DNA of 63,635 bases, filler included, from Octopus bimaculoides (lineage: Eukaryota): NCBI RefSeq assembly GCF_001194135.2. It is 4 parts of 4 records of this genome, joined end to end, with 100 filler letters (N's around TTAATTAATTAA, not from the genome) between each part and the next. Parts side by side here need not be neighbours in the genome. Positions count along the whole stretch, not along the records: positions 1 to 27,082 come from NC_068988.1; positions 27,183 to 44,353 come from NC_068984.1; 2 more parts are not named here. The stretch is one strand, 5' to 3'. The stretch's first letter is position 1. The number at the start of each line of letters is the position of its first letter. The notes beneath the pieces are model-generated. The model ran no database searches and had not been told where the DNA came from. It was given only the letters and a program-made list of their open reading frames with translations. The position numbers were made by a program, and so were the translations under genes. Below, piece after piece: positions 22,716 to 33,598 of this stretch.

Positions 22716-23706
22716 NNNNNNNNNNNNNNNNNNNNNNNNNNNNNNNNNNNNNNNNNNNNNNNNNNNNNNNNNNNNNNNNNNNNNNNNNNNNNNNNNNNNN
22801 NNNNNNNNNNNNNNNNNNNNNNNNNNNNNNNNNNNNNNNNNNNNNNNNNNNNNNNNNNNNNNNNNNNNNNNNNNNNNNNNNNNNNNNNNNNNNNNNNNNN
22901 NNNNNNNNNNNNNNNNNNNNNNNNNNNNNNNNNNNNNNNNNNNNNNNNNNNNNNNNNNNNNNNNNNNNNNNNNNNNNNNNNNNNNNNNNNNNNNNNNNNN
23001 NNNNNNNNNNNNNNNNNNNNNNNNNNNNNNNNNNNNNNNNNNNNNNNNNNNNNNNNNNNNNNNNNNNNNNNNNNNNNNNNNNNNNNNNNNNNNNNNNNNN
23101 NNNNNNNNNNNNNNNNNNNNNNNNNNNNNNNNNNNNNNNNNNNNNNNNNNNNNNNNNNNNNNNNNNNNNNNNNNNNNNNNNNNNNNNNNNNNNNNNNNNN
23201 NNNNNNNNNNNNNNNNNNNNNNNNNNNNNNNNNNNNNNNNNNNNNNNNNNNNNNNNNNNNNNNNNNNNNNNNNNNNNNNNNNNNNNNNNNNNNNNNNNNN
23301 NNNNNNNNNNNNNNNNNNNNNNNNNNNNNNNNNNNNNNNNNNNNNNNNNNNNNNNNNNNNNNNNNNNNNNNNNNNNNNNNNNNNNNNNNNNNNNNNNNNN
23401 NNNNNNNNNNNNNNNNNNNNNNNNNNNNNNNNNNNNNNNNNNNNNNNNNNNNNNNNNNNNNNNNNNNNNNNNNNNNNNNNNNNNNNNNNNNNNNNNNNNN
23501 NNNNNNNNNNNNNNNNNNNNNNNNNNNNNNNNNNNNNNNNNNNNNNNNNNNNNNNNNNNNNNNNNNNNNNNNNNNNNNNNNNNNNNNNNNNNNNNNNNNN
23601 NNNNNNNNNNNNNNNNNNNNNNNNNNNNNNNNNNNNNNNNNNNNNNNNNNNNNNNNNNNNNNNNNNNNNNNNNNNNNNNNNNNNNNNNNNNNNNNNNNNN
23701 NNNNNN

Positions 23707-23738
<32 letters not shown>

Positions 23739-23767
23739 GCACACGCATATATATATATATATATATG

Positions 23768-24054
23768 TTGTCAGTGCCTCCTGACTGGCTCCCGTGCCAG
23801 TGACACGTAAAAAGCACCATCCAAACATGGTGGATGCCAGTGCCTCCTGACTGGCTTCCATGCTGGTGGCATGTAAAGAGCACCCACTACACTCTCGGAG
23901 TGGTTGGCATTAAGAAGGGCTACCAGCTGTAGAAACATTGTCGGATCAGATTGGAACCTGGTGCAGCCCACTGGCTTGCCAGACCTCAGTCACACCGTCC
24001 AACCCATGCCAGCATGGAAAGCGGATGTTAAACAATGATGATGATGATAATGTA

Positions 24055-24134
<80 letters not shown>

Positions 24135-24945
24135 GCACACACACACACACACACACATGCACATACGACAGACTTCTATCAGTTTGCGTCTACCAAGTCC
24201 ACTCACAAGCCTTTGGTCAGCCTGAAGCTATAGTAGAATACATTTGCTGAAAGGGCTATTCAGTGGGACTGAACCCATGACCATGTGGTTGGGAAACAGG
24301 CTTCTTACCACACAGCCCCACCTGCACATTCCTTTTATCATTTCGCTTGTTTCAGTCATCAGACTGTAGCCATGCTGCAGTACCATCTCGAAGGGTTTTG
24401 TCAAACAAATCAACCCTAGCACTTATTTTTCAAAGCCTGGTACTTTACTCTATTGGTCTCTTTTGCTGAACTGCTAAGTTACAGGAATCAGCACTGGTTG
24501 TCAAGCAGTGGTGCAAGACAAACTCGATACAAGCACAAGGACAAACTCATAGATACATACACACACACACACACACACACGCACACGTGCACATACGTAC
24601 ATACATGACTGGCTTCTTTCAGTTAATTTCTCTGAGATCCACTAAAAAGTCTTTGGTTGACCTAGGGCTATAATAGAAGACACTTGCCCGTACTCAAATT
24701 GGCATGCAGTAGAAATGAAGCTAAGATCACATAGCTGGGAAGCAAGCTTCTTAATTACACAACCATGCTTGCACCTATATCGTGTGTGTGTGTGTGTTAG
24801 GCAACGTAATAAGTTTGCTTCCCAACCAAAAGGTTCCAGATTTAGTCCCACTGTGTGGCACCTTAGGCAAGAGTCTTTTTTGATAGCCTCAGGCCAACCA
24901 AGGCCTTGGCAGTGTATTTGGTAATTGGAAACTGAAAGAAGCCTG

Positions 24946-24981
<36 letters not shown>

Positions 24982-25497
24982 CTTTGTTCCTCACCAACAT
25001 TTGACAACTGGTGGTGGTATGTTTATGTCCCCATAACTTACCAGTTCAGCAAAAGACACTGATACAATAAGTACCAAACTTCAAAAAAGTACTGGGGTTG
25101 ATTTGTTCAAGTAAAGATTCTCCAAGGCAGTGCCCCAGCATGGTCGCAGCCTGAAACAATTAAAAAAAGAAAAAGACAAAAGAAAATATACAAATACTTA
25201 TACAAAAGCGCAGTAGTGGCTGTGTGGTAAGTAGCTTGCTTACCAACCACATGGTTCCGGGTTCATTCCCACTGCGTGGCGCCTTGGGCAAGAGTCTTCT
25301 ACTGTAGCCTCGGGCTGACCAAAGCCTTGTGAGTGGATTTGGTAGACGGAAACTGAAAGAAGCCGGTCGTATATATGTATATATATATATGTATGTGTGT
25401 GTATATGTTTGTGTGTCTGTGTTTGTCTCCCCAACATCGCTTGACAACCGATGCTGGTGTGTTTATGTCCCCGTAACTTAGCGGTTCAGCAAAAAAG
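23768..25497. mobile_element. Dense SINE cluster: family C (23768-24046, +), B head (about 24160-24328, -), B (about 24330-24777, -), B (about 24795-25165, +), B (25208-25497, +)
   Basis: Each block aligns by eye to 16453-16857 or 13616-13855. Confidence 0.8.
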
Positions 25498-26289
25498 NNN
25501 NNNNNNNNNNNNNNNNNNNNNNNNNNNNNNNNNNNNNNNNNNNNNNNNNNNNNNNNNNNNNNNNNNNNNNNNNNNNNNNNNNNNNNNNNNNNNNNNNNNN
25601 NNNNNNNNNNNNNNNNNNNNNNNNNNNNNNNNNNNNNNNNNNNNNNNNNNNNNNNNNNNNNNNNNNNNNNNNNNNNNNNNNNNNNNNNNNNNNNNNNNNN
25701 NNNNNNNNNNNNNNNNNNNNNNNNNNNNNNNNNNNNNNNNNNNNNNNNNNNNNNNNNNNNNNNNNNNNNNNNNNNNNNNNNNNNNNNNNNNNNNNNNNNN
25801 NNNNNNNNNNNNNNNNNNNNNNNNNNNNNNNNNNNNNNNNNNNNNNNNNNNNNNNNNNNNNNNNNNNNNNNNNNNNNNNNNNNNNNNNNNNNNNNNNNNN
25901 NNNNNNNNNNNNNNNNNNNNNNNNNNNNNNNNNNNNNNNNNNNNNNNNNNNNNNNNNNNNNNNNNNNNNNNNNNNNNNNNNNNNNNNNNNNNNNNNNNNN
26001 NNNNNNNNNNNNNNNNNNNNNNNNNNNNNNNNNNNNNNNNNNNNNNNNNNNNNNNNNNNNNNNNNNNNNNNNNNNNNNNNNNNNNNNNNNNNNNNNNNNN
26101 NNNNNNNNNNNNNNNNNNNNNNNNNNNNNNNNNNNNNNNNNNNNNNNNNNNNNNNNNNNNNNNNNNNNNNNNNNNNNNNNNNNNNNNNNNNNNNNNNNNN
26201 NNNNNNNNNNNNNNNNNNNNNNNNNNNNNNNNNNNNNNNNNNNNNNNNNNNNNNNNNNNNNNNNNNNNNNNNNNNNNNNNNNNNNNNNA

Positions 26290-26482
26290 AATGAGTATAT
26301 GCATATATACGTACATGTATGTACATACTTACATCTACCTGTGTATATATAGATGCATATCTGGGTACAGGACATTGCAAACAAAACGTAGACAAAATGA
26401 TAAACAAGTACAGAAAACACACAAGCCACATAGAGAACATTTCCTTCATCAGCTGCCACCATTCAACACTGGCGTTTCGAAA
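26290..26482 (-). repeat. Dispersed repeat family with hammerhead-like half motifs (second copy about 58640-58845)
   Basis: Both copies share ...CCACATAGA.A(A)CAT..CCTTCATCAGCTGCCACCATT.AA.ACT...GCGTTTCGAA on the + strand. Confidence 0.7.
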
Positions 26483-26840
26483 TAGATAGATAGATAGATA
26501 GATATCATACCATTGTTGTCTATTAAATTTGATGCACAGGCATTGGTGAGCCCCAGGCTATGGCAGAATATTCATACCTGTGTCCATAAATATTTTGTTG
26601 TTGTTCATGGTTGTGATGGCAGTGTTGTTAATGCTGGTTGTAGCTACAGCCATCTTGCCTTTTTGTATACCTAGGACTACATTGTTCACTGTATCCTTCT
26701 TTCTTTTTAAGACAGTTGAGTGTGAATTGAAGGAAATTCTTTCTTTTTTTNNNNNNNNNNAGCATGGCTGCAGTCAATTGACTGAAACAAGTAAAAGAGT
26801 AAAGAGTAAAATGTGTATGTTAATCATAAGGACATATTAA

Positions 26841-26951
26841 AGTGTCTATCTGCTAGAAATGAGAGTTAAAATCCTCATTTGGACCACCCAAAAATTAACA
26901 CTTGGTGGTTCAAACGAGGATTTTACCTCACATTTCTAGTGGGTAGACATT
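26841..26951. mobile_element. Short fold-back MITE flanked by TTAA
   Basis: Arms of about 48 bp (AGTGTCTATCTGCTAGAAATGAGAGTTAAAATCCTCATTTGGACCACC and its imperfect reverse complement). TTAA at 26837-26840 and 26952-26955. Confidence 0.7.
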
Positions 26952-27082
26952 TTAATGTATCCTTGATTAATATAATTTTAATTCTATACCTATATAATGC
27001 TGTTTTAGGCCTATTTGTATTACCTTCAATAATAATATTAATATCTACATAAATATTCGCTTCTGAATATTTTGCTACAAAT

Positions 27083-27182
27083 NNNNNNNNNNNNNNNNNN
27101 NNNNNNNNNNNNNNNNNNNNNNNNNNTTAATTAATTAANNNNNNNNNNNNNNNNNNNNNNNNNNNNNNNNNNNNNNNNNNNN
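27083..27182. other. Artificial scaffold linker (44 N + TTAATTAATTAA + 44 N)
   Basis: Exact 100-bp structure, repeated at 44354-44453 and 60810-60909. The 12-mer has stop codons in all six frames. Confidence 0.95.
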
Positions 27183-27225
<43 letters not shown>

Positions 27226-28149
27226 GATGTGCGCGCCTCTGTGTGTGATTTGAAGGTATGTTTGCGTTTCTGTTTAATTTTAGTTGAACTACATCGTATT
27301 TTCCTTCTGTGATTGTGTTAGTCTTTATGGGTGGTTTTGCGGTTATTCAATAGTTATTCCTATTGAGGGTGTGAGTGAATTCAGAATCTTTCCACATTTC
27401 TAACCCATCGGTGGGTCACATTATTTGGGTTTGAGGAAATAGTTTCTGCTTCAACTCTGGATACTAATCCATTCATTTCATGTATGGTATGTTGTTAGTG
27501 AACAGAAGTTTGTTTCATGCCATTTTAAGAATACCAGTGTACTGCGATCTTTTCGCCTTCCAAGATGATCCAAGGTATAGTCGGTGTCCTTACTCTGCGC
27601 TCTCATACATATTATGTGATGTATTGCATTCCTAGTTTCATATTTTCTCTTTGAATTGGTTTTGCATATCCTACTGATGTCATTACAGAGAATTTAATGA
27701 ACTGTGACTACATTGTAAATAGCTGGATACATGGGGAAGTATAAACTAAATATTGAGAAACGTCTGCTTGTGTGAGACGTAATCTAACACCAAACTGATC
27801 ACTGAGCGGTGGCTGAGATGTCATCTATCAGAAATAACAATATATATGATAATGTACTCTTGTTGACGATTTAAATATTGCAATTTACATAGCCCCAGAT
27901 CGTAGGAAATAGAAAAATAATATACTTTGAGATTCATCCATCACATTGCAGAACAATTAGCATAATTTATGGTTGCTTTGCTTGAAAGCATGGTTAGTGA
28001 GCTCAGAGGTTACTTGTATATTAACACGAGATTGGATGGTGGTTTATTCAAGCAAGCTCAGCAAGGCTCTGCTTGGACCTGTCGGGGTACGTGCATGTAC
28101 AATTTTCTCTTCGCTGATGCTGCGGCGAGAAAAATGACACATTAGTTTC

Positions 28150-28680
28150 AATACGAGATGACAGACTTCGTCCTAGTAATAGGATCTATATAAGAGACTA
28201 ATTCTTGTTTCGGATGAAACCTGGGGGTGCTGGAACATGAACTGTCTGTCATGAACATAAATCATTTTCTGAGTGTTGGGAAGAAGTTCACATATCCGGG
28301 CAGTTCAAATTCTGAAGACAGCAACCTAAACACGGAGGCGGATCACTGTATAAAGTCACCTGTGGTCGTTTTCGAGGAGGTTAATAATGGATTGTTGCAG
28401 GAAAAAAAAAAGCTTAAATTGCTCAAAAGAATGCAGAGTATACTGAGGCTAATTCTATTGTGCTCGTGCTGTTCGGCTGAGAATGAGAGGTCGTAATGCC
28501 GATATATGAAAAGCTGTGTTGCATGTGCACCAGAAACGATTTATAAAGAAAATTCATGGTGAGATGATATTTCCTGCCAAGAAGTTCTGCACCATGCAAA
28601 TATTTCTGCTGAGCGGGGCTCATAGTTCGTATGGAGAACTCGGATTGTGACGAAAAGGTTTTGCCAATGAAATACGAAAG
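28150..28680 (+). pseudogene. RTE-clade LINE remnant
   Basis: INHFLSVGKKFTYPGSSNSEDSNLNTEADHCIKS..., followed by degenerate KMQ..LILL...AEN and QEVLHHANIS, matching the RTE post-RT FTYLGS...E...RI motif. Confidence 0.75.
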
Positions 28681-29276
28681 TTACAACGATAAAACAAAAA
28701 CTGAAGTACAACCAGTGTATGCTTTCTTTAGCAATATGCTCTTCCGGAAGTATACCGATATCAGTTTTAATACACGATTTTGAATAAAAATTCTATGAGA
28801 AATATGTAGTATATATATTCTTGCTTATTTAACAAACGCATATATTCAATTTTGTTTTGATTCCAAAACAGTTTCATTACATTGATACAATAGCGACTTC
28901 AAGAGTATGAATTTTGCTTTAGCGGCATTAACTATTTTGCATAATTCGCTTGCTTTTGCTCCTCTGAGATTTGTAACATTTCTTTTAATCAGATTTTGTG
29001 TTAATAGAAAGTCATACAGCATTATATTCAACCATAAACACACAAATAGTGTCACATGCAAAGGTATATAAAGATATATTCACGTATTTCATAGCGTCTC
29101 GGTATATTTCATTAATATTATAGATGTTACGTAAATTATAACGGATAAATTGTCTCATCGTCTACACTAATATAGAACACAGGTACACACCAGACAAGCA
29201 ACGTTACACATCCACTTTCTCATACACACATACATATATAAATACATACATATATACATACACACATGCATACATA

Positions 29277-29318
<42 letters not shown>

Positions 29319-31589
29319 NNNNNNNNNNNNNNNNNNNNNNNNNNNNNNNNNNNNNNNNNNNNNNNNNNNNNNNNNNNNNNNNNNNNNNNNNNNNNNNNNN
29401 NNNNNNNNNNNNNNNNNNNNNNNNNNNNNNNNNNNNNNNNNNNNNNNNNNNNNNNNNNNNNNNNNNNNNNNNNNNNNNNNNNNNNNNNNNNNNNNNNNNN
29501 NNNNNNNNNNNNNNNNNNNNNNNNNNNNNNNNNNNNNNNNNNNNNNNNNNNNNNNNNNNNNNNNNNNNNNNNNNNNNNNNNNNNNNNNNNNNNNNNNNNN
29601 NNNNNNNNNNNNNNNNNNNNNNNNNNNNNNNNNNNNNNNNNNNNNNNNNNNNNNNNNNNNNNNNNNNNNNNNNNNNNNNNNNNNNNNNNNNNNNNNNNNN
29701 NNNNNNNNNATATATATATATATATATATACATACATACATATATATCTAAATAAATGCATATGCCTATATATGTATAGGGGGATATAAACACACATACA
29801 TACATATAAATATTTTGTAAGTATTTACAATAGAAATCCTCTTTGAATATCTAACTTTATAGATATGCTCAGTGAATAGCAGCTAATAGAGTCAAACATT
29901 AAAACAGACATCGTGATGCAACGATATTCAACAATAATGTTGAAATATGCAGTTTTACATTAGTGGTAAAATATAATGCCCAAAGGAAAACAAGATTTCC
30001 ATCAAAGATAAACGACTTTAAAGAGCCGCGGCAATAAAGAAAACTTAATTATGAAGCCCATGAAATAGCAACCCGCTCACACGTTCTCTTAAGCACATTA
30101 AATGTTATAATGAACATATTATACCAAAATACTACGGACAAAGCATTAACAATGCTTTTAAATACATCAATAATGCATGCTACCGACATGAAATCAATGC
30201 CACATACAAATATGTGATGTTTAGAAAATTTGGTAAAGCATAAATATATACACATAAATAAAATTTTCTGATTTAAGCATACAACATTATCCTGCTTCAA
30301 TGGTACTAGAAAATGGTAACAAAAATTTTTCTTCGCATTTTACTACTATATAAAATTATAATATTTCTGTATCGAAGTGATAAGTTCCGCAACCACAAAG
30401 TTCTGTGTCATATTACCCTACGTGTCACATAGGGCATGTAATTTCTCCTATAGAAATTCCGCGGAATTAACACAGATTAAGAAAATGGTGCCGACAACAA
30501 TTAATAAACACATGAATAAATAGGTAATGATGTATATACTTAATGCTACAAAAGAATGATAAGTAGAACTCCAAAATGGGAGAGCAGGCAAACAGGGCAA
30601 GTCAGTGTATCAAAATACAATTGCGGTTTACGCTTGCAAATCAGAGGCAAATGATTTTCTCCAGTTCTTGCCATTGGCAAACACTTAAGTAGTTATAAAG
30701 ATAGACTACTTAACCACGCTGAGTTTGCCAGTCTCACCCATCATTCATAGATTGAAATGGAGGGTGACAGCATTCTAATTATCATTACCTTCTTCCGTAC
30801 GTGATACTTGAAAAGCAATGAAAATTCATCCAGAAAAGGATTTCTCATTCTCTAAGCCTTTTACTTCACCACACCCACCAGAGAGAAGAAGACTTCTCGT
30901 TGACCTTCGCAACAGACTCGGTTAATACCTGGCCTGGGTTAGTGTCTGTTATTACCAGGTAAGTCTGTGTATATCTGTATTTAGTGTAGATGTGCATTCA
31001 TTTATAGACAGTATGTATACAAGTATATAAAAAGCATTGGTGTCGATAGATAAAAATCATCGAAGGCACTGTTTCATCATGGCTGCGGTTTTGTGATTGA
31101 AACAGGTCAAGATTTAATGAGTACACATATGTATACATTGCTCACCAGGACAACACAGAGAAAATAAAGAAAGAGAAAGAGAATGACATTTGTGGTGTCT
31201 ATAATAATGAAAGCTGCTTATTAATTAGTTGGAATTTATATAACTTTTACAAAAAGAAAGCAATCATTAAAGTCATTGTCTAGAAAATGTTTAAGTATTC
31301 TACAATACGGGGCTCAGATCCTTTCCACTAAAGAATTAAATATTATTTTCTGAGCCACTTATTAATGTCTTGCTGCATACAATTACGTGCATTAGAACAA
31401 ACAGTAAAATATTTCTGTGATTTTTTATTTTCCAAATGAGGTCTCTGACATTTTTGAGTTGCCTTACAAAAACACTTTGAACATCAAAGTTTCTGAGTCT
31501 GGAACTTGGTTTAATAAAAAAGCATTTTTAAAAACAATAAATTCCTTTGGATTGGATGGTTTAGACTCAGAGGACATTAATTTCTTCAT

Positions 31590-32410
31590 CGATTTGGCCT
31601 TTCGCGACGAAATATCTCCTGATATTCCTTCAAAATCTGCAAGGAGTACTCCGCGTCGACTTGCTGGCCATAGGGAATCCAGGGGATATAGATGATGCCC
31701 TAGCTGTCTAAAAAATAGTAATATCATGAGCTTCCCGGTGGACTTACTTTGACCTGATTGCGTTTGAGGGTGCCAAGATTAGGTACTCTGTTTCTTGATT
31801 TGTAGATCATAACAGTAGAACCAGCTTCCGTCACAGGTCAACAGAGACTCGTACTTTTGGACTGAAGGTAATTAACTCAATCCTCGCTCTGATCTCATGA
31901 ATACATCTTCCCACTCTGTTCGTCAGTAAGCACTTTAGGAAATAGCTATGTAAACATTTTGCGTATATCCAAATTTTCTGCGTACAGTTGCTACTTCAAA
32001 TCTAGACTATATGCTTATTATTTTTATAGACACACGACGGTGTTCATTCAGAAAATTAAGATATTTCTCAGGCAGTTCTGATGCCCTCTTTCCCACACTT
32101 CACAAGACAGATGCTTGACTCATGCAAGTTAATCTTTAAGTAGCCTGGAGCATCTCATAAATTTGTGTAACATTTTTGCCAAGTTTAATACAAAACTTTA
32201 TTGCATAGCGAGCTTCCAAATTATGTTCATATTGCAACTACATTCTGCAAACGAGTAATTTCTGATAACCAGATTTTACTGTGTAATCAAAGTTCTGTTA
32301 CAACTGTCTCCTTCAATCTGGAATAAAAATGTTGTTGTCCAGACTATTACACGCACAGTAATGATATGCCTAAATTACAATAAGCTACGACAATTATAAC
32401 TGCCTCTCTT
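31590..32410 (-). pseudogene. mariner (DD34D-type) transposase remnant, N-terminal two thirds
   Basis: Interrupted translation LEARYAIKFCIKLGKN..., LTCDGSWFYCYD...KKQS, QSKSTGKLMILLFLDS*GIIY..W.P.GQQVDAEY. This accounts for the ORFs called at 31417 and 31464. Confidence 0.85.
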
Positions 32411-32689
32411 AAAACAATATATATATATATATATATATATGCATATATAAAGCCATATATTTATATATATGTAGATACATATATATGTATGCATCTATAG
32501 ATATATGTGCAAGGATTTTTAAAAATTAAGCTATATATTATTCTTTTTTCTATTTTTATTTTATTTTAGTTTTTTTAATTTTATTTTCATCTTTATTTTG
32601 CATGAAAGTATATATATTTTTGTTCCCATTTTTATAAATGAATATACACCCACCTTCTCTATCAGCCGCACTTTAGCATGTACGTCTAA

Positions 32690-32990
32690 AACAGAATTTG
32701 AAGAAATTGTAAAAGCATCAACAAATTCTACCTTTATAAAACAGGAAATTTTAAATCCTTATATGCCAATGAAATTGCTTGTGGAACAATAAACACCCAT
32801 AGAGAAATATATAAACATTAAGCCTCTACTCAAATACATTTGTGAACATCAAAGCATAAGAAAAACAATTTTCTATACTAAAAAAGCCATGACATGCCTG
32901 AATAATAACCCCAGCCTTGCAAATCAAAAAAGAAAATACCCTAAATAACAAAAAAGAGAGGACCAGCCTAATATTGCCATCTACCTACAT
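32690..32990 (+). pseudogene. Highly degenerate Penelope-like GIY-YIG remnant
   Basis: With frameshifts it reads ..WNNKH..RN..KH..SLLKYICEH....KQFS..KKAM..LNNNP..C, resembling 2922-3160 and the PLE GIY-YIG C-terminus. Confidence 0.5.
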
Positions 32991-33467
32991 GTTTATGCGG
33001 AAAAACGTTGACACACCCAGTAACTACGAGCTTAAATACTGGACTTTGTTTCCTTGACATTTATATTGTGAAAGCAAAAGGATGAAATCCAATAATAACG
33101 AAAGCAACAAAAATACTGTCTCAAGTGTAGTCTACCAAAGAGAAAAACCTACAGGCTTGTTTACGAAATTCTACAAGCATGAATAAATTCATTTTAAACA
33201 ATAACATAACTTTAAATTTAATCAATGCACACGTTTTCCAAAACACCCTACCATAAACAACAAATAATCACCTCACTCAAACCCAAATGCCGAAAGATGG
33301 TTTTAACTCAACAGAAAATGTATAAAATCAAAACTAACATTAATGCGTCGCAGTTCGACGATGGCTTAGCTGGCAGTATCTTCGAAGTTACAGTAAAATA
33401 TATTTTTCTATAATAATGATACATATGTACACACACACATAACTGTGTGTGTGTATATATCTATATA

Positions 33468-33598
33468 TAATTTTATATAAAGGGCATTAACTCTGTGGTA
33501 ATGTCTCACGCTTCGAGGGACAAAATAAGTCAAGACTTATTTAGTCCCTCGAAGCGTGAGGCATTACTACACAGTTAATGCCCTTTATATAAAATTAT
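33468..33598. repeat. Near-perfect fold-back (65/64-bp arms, 2-nt loop)
   Basis: TAATTTTATATAAAGGGCATTAACTCTGTGGTAATGTCTCACGCTTCGAGGGACAAAAATAAGTC-AA-GACTTATTTAGTCCCTCGAAGCGTGAGGCATTACTACACAGTTAATGCCCTTTATATAAAATTA. Confidence 0.95.

Noticed and set aside
18950-27082. Search for the next TLCD4-like exon (should start with G completing Trp, then G-D/G-S-like residues)
   Set aside because: Candidate acceptors at about 22039 (in-frame stop) and about 22508 (no similarity) fail. The exon is probably in a gap or on another scaffold.
31417-31727. Two overlapping ORFs of about 90 aa as a novel gene
   Set aside because: The region overlaps the degenerate minus-strand mariner transposase, and neither frame has splice signals or a recognisable domain.
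33345-33395. Possible hammerhead relic downstream of the GIY-YIG remnant (TTCGACGATGGC...TTCGAAG)
   Set aside because: Both core boxes are mutated and the helices cannot be assigned.
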